Assembly (NCBI RefSeq): GCF_009914755.1
Contig: NC_060948.1
DNA: 64,000 bases
From: the human T2T-CHM13v2.0 reference genome, Homo sapiens
Reading direction: 5' to 3' (one strand)
Below, in pieces: positions 12,327-27,100 of this stretch. Within the stretch, counting starts at the first letter, position 1, and every line of letters begins with the position of its first letter. Under the pieces are notes generated by a model that ran no database searches, was not told where the DNA came from, and saw nothing but the letters and a program-made list of their open reading frames with translations. The position numbers and the translations under genes were made by a program.

Positions 12327-13311
12327 ATGAGAAGAAACCAGAAAAGTAATTCTGGTAATAAGACAAAATGGGGTTCTGTAACACCCCAAAAAGTTCACAC
12401 TAGCTCTCCAGAAATAAATCCACACCAAGAATAAATCTCTGAATTGCCAGATGAAAAATTCAGAAGATTGATTTTTAAGCTACTCAAAGAGTTACCAGAG
12501 AAAGGTGAGAACTAACTTTAATTAAAAGAAAATTGAGGATGTGCATAAAATATTTTCCAGAGAAACAGACATTATAAAGAAAAACAATCAGAACTTCTGA
12601 AAATGAAAGACACACTTAGGGGAATACAAAATGCAGTGGAAAGTTTCACCAATAGACCAGAAGAAGTAGAAGAAAGAATTTCAGAGCTTGAAGACAAGGC
12701 TTTTGAATGAACCCAATCAGACAAAAATTTTAAAAAAAGAATTCTAAAAAATGAAGAGTCTCTAAGAAATGTGGGATTATGTAAACAACCAACCCTAAGA
12801 ATAATTGGTGTTCCTGAGGGAGAAGTCAAGTATAAATGTTGAGAAAACTTATTTGAGAGAATAATTAAGGAAAGCTTTCCTGGCCTTGCTAGAGACCTAG
12901 ACACCCAAATACAAGAAGCTAAAAAAATTTCTGAGAAATTCATCACAAAAAGATCATCACAAAGACACATAGTCATTAGGCTATCTGGTCAAGGTGAAGG
13001 AAAGAATCTTAACAGCTGTGAGACAAAAGCATCAGGTAAACTATAAAAGAAAACCAACCAGGTTAACATCAGATTTCTCATCAGAAGCCTCACAAGCCAG
13101 AAGGGATTGAGGTTCTATCTTTAGCCTCCATAAACAATAACTGTCACCAAATAATTTGGTATCCTGCAAAACTAAGCTTCATAAATGAAGCACAAACAAA
13201 TGCCGAGGCAAGCAAATGCTGAGTGAACTAGCTACTACCAAACCAGCCCTACAAGAAATGCTGAAAGGAGTTCTAAATCTTGACACAAAAGCTCAATATT
13301 CACCAAAATAG
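12327..13311 (+). pseudogene. disrupted L1 ORF1
   Basis: Starts MRRNQKSNSGN; frameshifts and stops. Confidence 0.8.
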
Positions 13312-14955
13312 AACCTTCTTAAAGCATAAATCTCACAGGACCTATAAAACAATAACACAATGAAAAAATAAAGTATCTAGGCAATGTAGAATGTCAGTGG
13401 CCTAAATACTTTACTTAAAAGATACACAATGGCAGAATGGATAAAGAACCACCAATAAAATATCTGCTGTCTTCAAGAGACTCACTTAAAACCTAAGAGC
13501 TCATATGAACTTAAAGTAAAGGAGTGGAAAAACATATTTCATGCAAATGGAAACCAAAAGTGAGCAAGGGTAGCTATTTCTTATTTCAGACAAAAGAGAC
13601 ATTAAAGCAACAGCAGAAAAAAATGAAAACAAAAACAAAAACAAAGAAGGCCATTATATCATGATGAAAGGATCAGTTCAAAAGAAAGATATTACAATCC
13701 TAAATTTATATGCATCTAACACTGGAGCTCCCAAATTTATAAAACAATTACTACTACACCTAAGAAATGAGACAGATGGCAACACAGTAATTGTGGGGGA
13801 CTTTAATACTCCATTGACAGTATTAGACAGATCATCAAGAAAGAAAGTCAACAAATAAACAGTGAACTTAAATTATACCCTAGAACAAATGGACTTAAGA
13901 GATATTTACAGAACATTCTTCCCAACAACCTCAGAATATACATTCTTCTCATCAGCACATGGTATAGTCTCCAAGGTAGACCATATGATAGGTCACAAAA
14001 CACTTCTCAAGAAATTTAAAAAAAATCAAGATCATATCAAATATCTTCTCACACCACAGTGGAATAGAAATGGAAATCAATTACAAAAGAACTCTGAAAA
14101 CTATACAAATACATGGAAATGAAATAATCTACTCTTGAATAATTTGGGGTTTAACAATGAAATCAACATGGGAATTTGAAAATTCTTTGAAATGAATAAT
14201 AATAGTGACATAAGTTATCAAAGGCTCTGGGATGCAGCAAAAGCGATGCTAAGAGAAAATTTCATAGCATTAAATGCCTTCATCAAAAAGTCTGAAAGAG
14301 CACAAATAGACAACCTAATGTCACACCTCAATGAACTAGAGAAACAAGAACAAATGAATCCCAAACCTATTAGAAAAAAAAATAAGAAAGATCTAAGCAG
14401 AACTAAATGAAATGGAAACAAAGAAGACAGTATGAAAAATAAATGAAATCAAAAGGTAATTCTTTGAAAATATAAACAAAATTGATAGACCATTATTGAG
14501 ATTAACCAGAAAAAGAAGATAGAAGATCCAAATAAGCTCACGTAGAAATAAAACTGGAGATACCACAGCCAATACCATACAAGTAAAAGATAATTTATGG
14601 CTACTTTGAATACTTATATGCACACGATCTAGAAAATCTAAAAGAGATAGATAAATTCCTGGAAATATACAACACTTTTAGGTTAAATCAGGAAGAAACA
14701 GAAACCCTGAAAAGACTAATAACAAGCAGCAAGATTGAATCAGTAATAATAACATTGCCTAAAAAAAAATCAAGACCAGATGGAGTTACAGTGAATTCTA
14801 TCAGATATTCAAAGAATTGGTGTCAATCCTCCTGAAACTATTTCAAAAGATATAGAAAAAGGGAATCCTCCCTAGATCATTCTATGAAGCCAGTATCACC
14901 TTAATACCAAAACCAGGAAAGGACTTAATAAAAAAGGGAAACTACAGACCAATAT

Positions 14956-15487
14956 TGACCCAGCAATCCCATTACTGGATATATACCCAAAGGATTATAC
15001 ATCATTCTACTATAAAGACACATGCACACATATGTTCACTGTAGCACTATTCACAATAGCAAAGACTTGGAACCAACCCAAATGCTCATCAATGATAGAC
15101 TGGATAAAGAAAATGTTGCACATATGTGCCATGGAATACTATGCAGCCATAAAAAACAATGAGTTCACGTCCTATGAAGGACATGAATGAAGCTGGAAAC
15201 CTTCATTCTCAGCCAACTAACGTAGGAACAGAAAATTAAAAACTGTATGTTCTCACTCATAAGTGGGAGTTGAACAATGAGAACACATGGACACAGGGAG
15301 GGGAATATCACACACCAGGGCCTGTTGGTGGGTGGGGGGCTAGGGGAGGGATAGCATTAGGATAAATGCCTAATGTAGATGATGGGTTGATATGTGCAGC
15401 AAACCACCATGATACGTGTATACTTATGTAACAAACCTGCACGTTGTGCACATGTATCCCAGAACTTAAAGTATAATAATAAAAAAA
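14956..15487 (+). mobile_element. L1PA6/7-like 3' fragment nested in L1PB ORF2
   Basis: gggatagcattagga...tgtagatgatgggttg...cccagaacttaaagtataataataaaaaaa. Confidence 0.88.
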
Positions 15488-16150
15488 CTCTCAAAAATAT
15501 TCTAGCTAACAGAATATAAAAGCATATCAAAAAGATAATACAGCATGATTAAGTGGGTTTCATCCCTGGGATACGGTGATGATTTAACATACACAAGTCA
15601 ATAAATGTGATACATCACATAAATAGAATTAAAAACAAAAACCATATCATCATCTTAATAGATGCAGAAAAAACATTTGATAAAATCCATCATCCCTTTA
15701 TTATAAAAACCCTCAAAAAATAGGTATAGAAGAGATTTACCTCAGAGTAATAAGAGCCATACATGACAAACTCATAGCCAACATTATATTGAAGGGGGAA
15801 AACTTGAATGCATCCTCCTCTGAGAACTGGAATAAGACAAGGATGCCCATTTTCACCACTTCTATTCAATATAGTACTGGAAGTCCTAGCCAGAGCTATC
15901 AGAGAAGAGAAAGAAATAAAGGGCATCCAAATTGCAAAAAAAAAAGTTGAACTGTCACTGTTCACCAATAATATGATTGTATACTTAGAAAACCCTAAAG
16001 ACTTATTCAAAAAGCTCCTAGATCTGAAAAATGAATTCAGTAAAGTCTCAGGTTACAAAATCAATCTACACAAATCAGTAGCACTGCTATACACCAACAA
16101 CAACTAAGCTGAAAATCAAATCAAGAACTCAATTCTTTTTGCAACCGCTG

Positions 16151-16191
<41 letters not shown>
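16151..16191 (+). repeat. A41 homopolymer inside L1PB ORF2
   Basis: Direct count of 41 A. Confidence 0.95.
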
Positions 16192-16193
<2 letters not shown>

Positions 16194-17938
16194 AGGAATG
16201 TATTTAACCAAGGAGGTGAAAGATCTCTACAAGGAAAACCACAAAACACTGCTGAAAGAAATCATAGATGACACAAACAAATGGAAACACATCCCATGCT
16301 CATGAATCGATAGAATCAATATTGTAAAAATGACTACATTGCCCAAAGCAACGTACAGATTGAAGGTAATTTTTATCAAAATACCATCATCATTCTTCAC
16401 AGAACTAGAAAAAACAATCCTAAAATTCATATGGTACAAAAAAAGAGCCCACATAGGCAAAGCAACTAAGCAAAAAGAACCAAACTGGAGACAACACCTT
16501 ACCTAACTTCAAATTATACTACAAGGCTATAGTTACTAAAACAACATGGTGCTGGTATAAAAAATAGGCACATAGACCAATGGAACTGAATAGATAACCC
16601 AGAAAAAAAGCCAAATACTTACGGCCAATTGATCTTTGACAAAACAAATGAAAACCTAAAGTGAGGAAAGAACACCCTATTCAATGAATGGTGATGGGAA
16701 AATTTGCAAACCAAATGTAGAAGAATGAAAATGGATCTTCATTCATCTCCCACCTTATACAAAAATCCACTAACGATGAATCAAAGGCTTAAATCTAAGA
16801 CCTGAAACCAAAAAAATTCTAGAAGATAACATCAGAAAGACTCTTCTAGACATTGGCTTAGGCAAAGACTTCATGTCCTAGAACCAAAAGCAAATGCAAC
16901 AAAAACAAAAATAAATTGTTAGGACCTAATTAAACTAAAAAGCTTATACATAACAAAAGAAATAATCAGCAGAGGAAACAGACAACCAACAAAGTGGGAG
17001 AAAATATTCACAAACTATACATCTGACAAAGGACTAATATCCAGAGGCACTCAAACAAATCAGCAAGAAAAAAACAAATAATCTCATCAAAAAGTGGGCA
17101 ATCAGATGACTAGACAATTCTCAAAAGAGAATATACAAATGGCCAATAAACTTATGAAAAAATGCTCAATATCACTAATTATCAGGGAAATGCAAATGAA
17201 AACCACAATGAGATACCACCTTACTCCTGCAAGAATGGCTATACTTTAAAACTCAAAAAATAGTAGACATTGGCATGGCTGTGGCAAAAAGGGAACACTT
17301 TTGCACTGCTGATGGGAAGATAAACTAGTACAACCATTAGGGGAAACCAGTATCAATATTTCTTAAAGTACTAAAAGTAGAACTAGTATTCGATTAAGAA
17401 ATCCCACTACTGGATATCTACACAAATAAAAATAAGTAATTATATGAAAAAGATACATGCACAAGCATGTTTATAGCAGCACAATTTTCAATTGAAAAAA
17501 TATAGAACCAAGCTAAGTGCCCAGCAACCAATGAGTGGATAAAGAAAATGTGGTATATATACACTATGGAATACTACTCAGCCATAAAAATGAATAAAAT
17601 AATGTATTTTGCACCAACTTGGATGGAGCTGGATGTCATTACTCTAAGTGAAGTCAGGAATGGAAAAACAAATATTGTATGTTCTCACTTATAAGTGGGA
17701 ACTAAGCTATGGGGATGAAAAGGCATAAGAATGATATAATAAACTTTGGGGACTCAGGGAGGTAAGGATGGGAGGGAATGAGTTGTAAAATTCTAGATAT
17801 TCGGTATGGTGTAGACTGCTCTGTTGATGGGTGCACCAAAATCTCAGAAGTAACCACTGAAGAACTTATCCATATAATCAAAAATCACTTGTACCCCGAA
17901 AACAAGTGAAATAAAAAACATTTTTTTCTAATGTAAGC

Positions 17939-18625
17939 ATGAAGAACTCTAATTATTGTTCCAGTTGCACTGTATGCATTTTGATATGTGGTGTTTTCAT
18001 AATCACTCAATTCAGATTTTTCTCTAATGTATCTTTTAATTTCTTGTTTGATACATGGGTTATGTGAAAGTATGTTACTTAATTTCAAAATATTCATGTT
18101 TTCTACTGATGTTTTGTTGTGATTTGATTTCTAATTTAGTTAAATTTTGTTCAGCAAACAGAGTCTTCATGATTGCAATCCTTTAAAATTAACCTAGTTT
18201 ATGGTGAATTACATGGTCTATTTTGATGAATATTCCATGTTTCCTTGAAAAGGATGCATATTTTCTTTCATTGGGATTATTGTTCTATAAATAAAAATTA
18301 GTTTGAAGTGGGTGATTGTGTTGCTCAAGTCCTCTATATGTTTATGATTTTCTGTCTACTTGTTCTGTCAATTTCTGGGACAAGAATATGGGAATTTTGA
18401 AATTTAATTGTAGATTTGTTTATGTCTCACCTTACTTAAATTATATTTTGTTTCACATATTTTGAAACTCTTTTGTTAAATACACTTTTAGGATGCTTGT
18501 TTTATTGATGATTTATGGTTTTATCATTGTCAAATATTTCTCTTTCTTTATTTTCATGTGTATTGTCCTGAAATCTACTTTCTCAGATATCAATATATCC
18601 ACTCCAGATTTCTAACAATTAGGTT
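17939..18625 (-). mobile_element. old L1M ORF2 fragment (host of L1PB)
   Basis: ttttgatatgtggtgttttcat...ccttgaaaaggatgcatatt; ORF track 17885-18097 is L1-like. Confidence 0.75.
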
Positions 18626-18932
18626 TGCTGATTCCTATCTCATGTCCAATGTCATTGTCTCTTTCCATTCGAAATATGTCTATATAACACATCTGGGGTA
18701 ATCTTCATAAAACATCACCTTCACAGAGCCCTTACAATGCTCATAAATCTTCATTACTTCTCCATTATTTAAAGGATATGAATTCCTTAGCCTTCTATCC
18801 ATAGATTTTCACCTTGCAGCCTCAATTTATCATTCAAAATGGTTTTCCAAATACTTCCTTATGAGAATCTTTGGCATCATACAAAATGTTCTAAAAAATC
18901 ACAAGCCTCCAAATAAGTTGTGCATTCTTACC

Positions 18933-19395
18933 TGTAGTAGATTGACTAAGTGGCTCTACTTTTTACCCACCCTGAATCCATGTCTTTAATGTGTAATTTT
19001 TGCAGTTCCTTACATTACATTCAGCGTATACTTGCCTACCACTTGACTTTGGACTTGGTCATATAACTTGCTTTGGCTAAGAGATGTTAGATGTGACTTA
19101 AGCAGACTTAACGTCAGCAGAGACTTCAAATGTTCTTGCAAGATTGAGAATTTCCTCTTGTGCTTCAACCAATACCATGAAAATTTAATTTTCCTGCTGG
19201 TATAAGGAAGATGCAGCTTATGACCAAGGCAAGTAAAGCCAAACCAAGTCCAGTCAAGCTCAGCTAAAATCAGCCAACCCCCAGCTGACCCCTGGATCCT
19301 TGAGTGAGAATAAATTATTGTTGCTGTTTTAAGCCACTGAATTTTGGAGTGCTTTGTTACATATCGTATTTTTATGTTAATAGTTAACTGATACG
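18933..19395 (+). mobile_element. MLT1H/I-like solo LTR
   Basis: tgtagtagattg...ttttaagccactgaattttgg...aactgatac; TSD ttacc/ttaca (4/5). Confidence 0.75.
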
Positions 19396-21177
19396 TTACA
19401 TCCATACTATTGTTCAGTCTTCTTTTTATTTTCATCAATCATTTAGATATGTTTTAGATACCTACTCATTATACAAGGCTCAGTCTAATGTGTCTTCCTT
19501 TAGAAACTTTTTCTATTACAGTCTCGCCTCAAAGAATTTTCCCTTCTTAATAATTATTACACAATGTATATGTATATAAAATCATCACATTTTACACCTT
19601 GGAGAAATTTAGTCTTTACAATGAATCAGATTAGACTGAGAGAAGTGTAGAGAGACTACTCTATGGATCTAACACAGGGGTTAAATTTGTCTGCTCCTTA
19701 TACCTTCTCCAGCCTCATTTCCTATAATTAATTATAATTAGTATTCCCCTTTTGGGACAAAATAATTGTCCCTAATGACAAGTTACAGTGTGTTTTTCTA
19801 GTGCGTCTTTGAAACAAATAAATTGCTGGCTCTCAGATCGACATTTCTGTCCTAAACTTCAGTTCTGGCCTAGGACAGGATCTGGGTGTGTAAAGAGAAG
19901 ACTCCTATTCACTTAGTACTATTTCCATGTTAGGAAATCTGTGGAAAACCAGGTTTATTATATCTTATTTCCAAACTGTCCACATACCTAAAAATTATTC
20001 TCATGTTTCAATTTATCAATAAATATATATTTAACATAGCACTTTATGTCCTTAAAACAGGCTTAAACAAATGTAATACAATAACTTTTTATTTCAGTAC
20101 TTCACTAAGCATGCTTATTTACATTTTTTTAGAAAATGCAATTTCATTTACCAATAATTAATATTTATTCCCAAGGCCAATTATCCAAAGAATGTAATAC
20201 CCTTCTTTCTAGTTGTATAAGGTGTATCACTTCATGGTGATGAAATATTTGTATGGATATTATAATATATTTCTTTATCCTCATTGTACTAGAACTATGT
20301 CTCAAACATTCCTAATAATTCATTTCTGTATATTCAGTTTCACTGAACACTCCATATTTGTAAAAAGTTTAGTTAGCATTTTTCTACAATTTATGCCTTG
20401 TACACAAAATTTATAGTATCTTAGAACTTCCATGGAGACTTTGCGAAGTGCAATCTCACCTAATGGAAAATTACTTCAATATAAATTTATACTGCTGGGA
20501 AAAGGAGATGTATAAGGTTGGAAATGGCAATAAATAAGTTTCTTTCTCTATAAATTCTTTCTGAATTTCAATTTATTGGAAATGTGAAATGAGTAGAAGA
20601 ACAGTGGCAGAAATCATTGGCTTCTAAAAATTCTAATATGAATTCACCCTTCCTGACAAAGAAATTTGTGTAAGGAAACAGTGACAATTCTGTGAAAGAA
20701 GGGTATAGAAAGTAACTAAACAGAAAACAAAAATCAACAGAGTGTACAGGTGAGGAAATATATTACTTTTGGTGTTGATAACCTTTGAAGCCCAGTTTAG
20801 TTTATTCAGGTTCTCCATATCTTTGCACTAGATACAAGAGCCAGTAGAGCTATTTCTGATGTTACTCATGGAGCACTACAGAGACATACAGACTAATATA
20901 ATTACATTTCATTCTTTCAATAGGATATACAAATATGTAGGGAGAATTTTTCAATTTTCCATCCATTATAACAGTTATATCACATTTTCTGTATTTATAT
21001 TCTTTTTTTACAGGATAATCATTTATTAATTCATTTATCATTTTATTTAGGAACCTAATACAGTGTTTGATTTAGCAGTGAAGAACAGCATGCCTAAATA
21101 AATGATATTTAGAGGAAACTGTCATAAAAAAGCATAAATAACTAATAATACAATCCGTCAACTAATAATACATAGGA

Positions 21178-21354
21178 AACCAGGAAAACACATAAGATAC
21201 TATCTCACAAGAGTCAGAATGGCTATTACTAAAAAATCAAAAAATTACTGATGCTGACAAGACTGCAGAGAAAAAAGAACACTTATACACTGCTGGCAAG
21301 TGTCAATTAGTTCAACCATTGTGAAAAACAGTGTGGCGAGCCCTCAAATAACTA
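21178..21354 (+). mobile_element. internal L1P ORF2 fragment without poly(A)
   Basis: agatactatctcacaagagtcagaatggctattactaaaaa...ttagttcaaccattgtg. Confidence 0.75.
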
Positions 21355-21663
21355 TATTCTGTTTTGTTTCTCAAAAATATTTGGGCCAAATTTAGCACAC
21401 TTAAATTACATTAAATACACACAATTGAAATATGAGTATTCCATACTTTTATTGTTTAGTTTATATTCCTAAAAAATTGAGGCAAAAACTATAAGCAAAC
21501 TATTCCTGCAGCATTTCATTTCTAGAAGTTGGTAATGATAATGTGTAATATGATGACTTAAAATTCAAATCTAATAAAATTCATTGTCATTTATATATAT
21601 AAACAGGGATCATGATGAGCATCTAATATATGCATATACCCAAAAAAACCCATGGAGTATTGG

Positions 21664-22040
21664 TGATACTGTTTGGCTGTGTCCCCACTCAAAATCTCAT
21701 TTTGAAGTGTAATCCCCATAATCCCCACATGTCAAGGGCAGGACCAGGTAGAGGTAATTGGATTATGGAGGCAGTTTTCCCCATGCTGTTCTCATGATAG
21801 AGAGTGAGTCTCACAAGATCTAATGGTTTTACCAGAGTCTGGCATTTCCCCTACTTTCACTCACTCCACTCTGTCACCTGGTGAAGAAGGTGCCTGCTTC
21901 TCCTTTGCCTTCCACCATGATTGTAAGTTTCTTGAGGCCTCCCCAGTAATGCAGAACTGTGAGTCAATTAAACCTATTTTCTTTGTAAATTACCCAGTCT
22001 CAGGCAGTTCTTTATAGCAGCATGAGAATGGATTAATACA
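21664..22040 (+). mobile_element. THE1D solo LTR
   Basis: TG...CA ends, tttggctgtgtcccc start, gattaataca end; perfect TSD attgg (21659-21663 / 22041-22045). Confidence 0.92.
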
Positions 22041-22046
22041 ATTGGG

Positions 22047-22535
22047 TACTATGGTTTGAATATTTGTACCCTCCAAAACTCATGTTGAAATGTAATCCCC
22101 ACTATGACAATATTGAGAGGTAGGGCCTGAAAGAGGTAATTGGTTCATGAATGTTCTGTCCTAATGAACATATTAATTCATTCAAAAATTAATGGTTTAA
22201 TGGATTACTGGGTTTTCATCGAAGTGGGGGAGCCTAGTGGCTTTAAAAGAAGAAGAAGAAAGACTTGAGCAAGTATGTATTCACAGCCCCCTTACCATGA
22301 TATCACGCACTGCTGTGGGACTCACTTTGTTTCTTTCTTTCTTTCTGTGAACTTGCATAGAGAAGTAATGCCTTAGAACTTTTATGAGAATCTCCACTAG
22401 CAAGAAAACTCTCACCAGATGCTACTCCTTAACCTTGGACTTCTCAACCTCCATAACTACAATAAAAAATTATCTTTTCTATATAAATTTCTTACTTTTG
22501 GTATTCTGTTATACACAACATAAAGTACTAAGACA
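22047..22535 (+). mobile_element. MST-class (MSTB2/C/D-like) solo LTR
   Basis: tatggtttgaatatttgt...actaagaca; perfect TSD ttggg (22042-22046 / 22536-22540). Confidence 0.85.
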
Positions 22536-24067
22536 TTGGGATAGGTCACCAAGGGCCTTATTATCCTATTGGCATAAGGCTTCTGCAGCCTTTTGGAGAG
22601 GTGGTAAAATAATGTATTGTTGAGCAGTAAGATAGAATAGACACTTCAAAAGACCTCTCTCTATAAAACTGAGGAAAATTTCATAAAATACACATTTTAG
22701 TGCATTTCTAGACTAGCAAAGAAAAAAGAAACCTCTAAGCACGACCACCATCACCAAAAATGACAAAGTACTGAGTTTGAAATGAAACCAGAAAAGCGAG
22801 TTCTGAGCAGCCATTGAAAGAAAAAAAAATGTAGTTACTCTAGAAACAACTGCCAAATTCAGCATTCCAGTCCATGGATTAAAACATGAAAAAGTCTCAA
22901 AGAAGGGAGATAAACCTGAGACCATTTTATCAAGGATATTGAGACAGCTGCATTCAAAACATGTCCTATGTAGGCCTTTATATTACCACAGACAAAAATC
23001 AGAGATATAAATTTACTGAACAATGAAGCAAATGAATTGACAGAAGTGAGACTCTGCAGGCAATAAACAACAACAGCAAGGGATTTATATACCTAATACT
23101 TAAATTGGAATTATTAAAAACAGACTGTAAATTATTTGTTAAATGTTAAACAAAATAAAATATGGACTTTGAAAAAGGAACAAGCAATACAAGTCTCTGA
23201 AAAATAGAGTGGTATTTTAAAAACAGCCAAATAAAAATGTTAGAAAAGTGTGTATATACACATAAGCACCCATACGTATTTGTTGAAATTTTGAACTCAA
23301 TAGGTTCTTCTACTTCTGGTACTACGTAAAAAGTTGAGAAATTATTGCTTTCAAAAAACAATGAGAAAAATCCAAATAAGCTACAAAATGAAAGTTTTAC
23401 TTTTTCAACCCATCAGATTGCTGAGGACACAAAGAAATCTAAAAAAAATCCAGGAAGTGCGGGGGCCTATATATATGGTCAGGTATGCCATATTCATTGA
23501 TTGGAAGATGCAATGCTTTTTATGATACCAATTATTCCCATATTGAACAATTTATATGATACAACTGCATTCAACATTTTATATTTCATTTTTTTAAATC
23601 ATCAAGCTGATTCTAAAATTTGATACAAGAAGCAACAAAGCAAGAGCAGTTTTGAAGAGGAAGAACGAAGTTAGAATACTTGGAATAACTAATTACATAA
23701 ATTACTAAATAACTATTTTAACCAACATAATGTGGTATTAGCTTAAGGAAAGACATATATATCCATGAAACAGATGAAAGATGCTGAAATAAACCTATTT
23801 TAAAATATTAATAGAGTTTATTTTTAGAGCAGTTTTAGGTTTACAGAAAAATTTAGTGTAAAAATATAGAGTTCCCACATACTCACTTGCTTCCTGCACA
23901 CAGTTTCCTGTTATTTACATGTTGCATTAGTGTAATATATTTATTACAATTGATGAGTCAATATTGACACAATATTATTAACTAAAGTCTCTACCTTAGA
24001 GTTCACTCTGTGTTGACATTTGGCTTTGACAAATGTATTATGACATGTATTATGACATATTTCAAAA

Positions 24068-24962
<895 letters not shown>

Positions 24963-25171
24963 CATGTATTCACCATTATGGTATTATACAGAATAGTTTT
25001 AATGTCCTAAACCTATTAATTTCTCACTCTGTCCTCTTCCTAAACCCTGACATTTGTTTTTGTTTTTCTTTTTGTCTATCTTTGTCTTTTATTGAATGTC
25101 ATATAGTAGAAATATATGTAGCCTTTTCAGATTGGCTGTTTTTTGCTTAGCATTTATTAAAAAAATCAATT

Positions 25172-25518
<347 letters not shown>

Positions 25519-25841
25519 TCAATAACTAGTCCTGGATAACAGATTATTCATATTTTTAAGAACATAACTCCATCCTTACCTCACACCATACAGAAAAAGC
25601 CAAATTGAAATGATTCATAGATCTAAACTAAGTGTTAACATTCTAAGATTTCTAAAAGAAAACAAAAAATATTTATGACAAAAGATATGTAAAGATTTTA
25701 TAGACTGGACACATAAACATAAACCATAAATGAAAAAAAGATGTACTCTAGAAAATTAGAAGTGTCTCCTCTTAGAAAAATACCAATTTAAAATGAAAAG
25801 AGAAGCCATAGATTGGGGGAAAAGTTTTTGCAATACATATG

Positions 25842-26447
25842 TGTAATAGGTAGAATCTTAAGGTGCCTCCCCCAAGATTTCTGCTCTCTGGTGTACACAC
25901 TTTGTATTATCTCTTTCCCTTAAGTGTGGGAAAGACAAGCAAATAGGATACGATATTATTCCTTTGATTAGATTACTAATCAGTGAATTTTGAGTTAAAC
26001 AAAAGGGAGACTATACTGGGTGGGTCTAGCCTAACAAGAAACAAAAAGCAGCACCAAATATGCTACTCCTGGCCTCAAAGAAAACAACCATATATGTTTA
26101 CAACTGCCTATAAATGCCATAGAGCAAGGAAATATGGGTGGTCTCTAGGCACAGAGAGTATTCCTCAGCAAATGGTTAGCAGGAAAACAGGGACTTCAGT
26201 CATACAGCCACAAGGAAATGAGTTATACCAATAATCAATGAGCTTGGAAGAGAACACTCAGCCTCAGATGCAAATCACAGTGCCATTATATAATCTTCAT
26301 TATAGCGTGATCAGTGGATTTATTTTAAAGCCATCCACAGATTCCTGGCCCATTGTAGAAGAGTAAGTCTGTGTTGTAAGATAATGAATTTGTATTAAGT
26401 TGCTAGATTTGTGATACATCATTATGCAGGAATAGAAAATGAACACA
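25842..26447 (+). mobile_element. MLT1E-like solo LTR
   Basis: tgtaataggtagaatcttaagg...aaaagggagactat...gcaggaaaacagggacttcagtc...aatagaaaatgaacaca. Confidence 0.75.
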
Positions 26448-26596
26448 ATATTTTTGACAAAAGACTTAGAAATTATAAACAATTTCTACAATTCAACCAT
26501 ATAAACTCAAACAATCAAAGATCTGGATGAAATATTTGAACAGACACTTGACCAAAAATGATATATTAATGGTAAGCACAATAAAATATGTTTACA

Positions 26597-27100
26597 ATAA
26601 TTTTCTATGCTGCTATATCAAATTACTAAGAAGCTAGTGGTTTAAAGCAACAAAATTTATCATCTTACAGTTCTTTAGGATAGAAATTACATGGCTCTAC
26701 CTGGGCTAAAATTAAATTGTCTGCAGGAGTGCATTTCTTTCTGGAGACTCTAGAAAAGAGTCATTTATTGTTCTTTTTTCAGGTTCTAAAGAACTCCCAC
26801 ATTCCTTGGATCATGACCCCCTTCATCCATCTTCAAGGCTAGCACCTTTGCCTGTCTCTGATCATTCTTCCATAGCCACATCTCCCTTGACCCTTGGCTT
26901 ATCTGGGAAAGATTTGACATTCTTAAAGACTCATGAGATTAGGTTGGATCCACATAGCTAATCCAGGATAAACTCATCTGAAAGTCCTTAAAGCTTAATC
27001 ACATTTCTACAGTCCCTTTTGCTATGTAAGGTAACATATTCATAGGTTCTAGGTATTAAAATGTGGACATCTTTGGAAGATCATTATTCTGCCTATCACA
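26597..27100 (-). mobile_element. MLT1C/D-like solo LTR
   Basis: gtggtttaaagcaaca...aaggtaacatattcataggttctagg...cattattctgcctatcaca. Confidence 0.8.

Larger units (their letters stand above)
13385..17655 (+). pseudogene. disrupted L1 ORF2 (endonuclease/RT)
   Basis: [30 protein letters not shown] and MIVYLENP motifs; start region deleted; interrupted by L1PA. Confidence 0.85.
9729..17916 (+). mobile_element. full-length L1PB (L1PBa 5'UTR, PB2/3-type 3'UTR), inactive
   Basis: 5' gatggtggataggaggcag; ORF1 ATG at 12327; EN and RT fragments in ORF track (13661, 15808); 3'UTR to 17916; ~20 bp TSD at 9709-9728 / 17917-17938. Confidence 0.92.

Noticed and set aside
19010-19438. 142 aa minus-strand ORF
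   Set aside because: Antisense to an MLT1 LTR; no coding features.
19754-19772. GGGACAA-n5-TTGTCCC inverted repeat
   Set aside because: A 7-bp stem is expected by chance in 64 kb.
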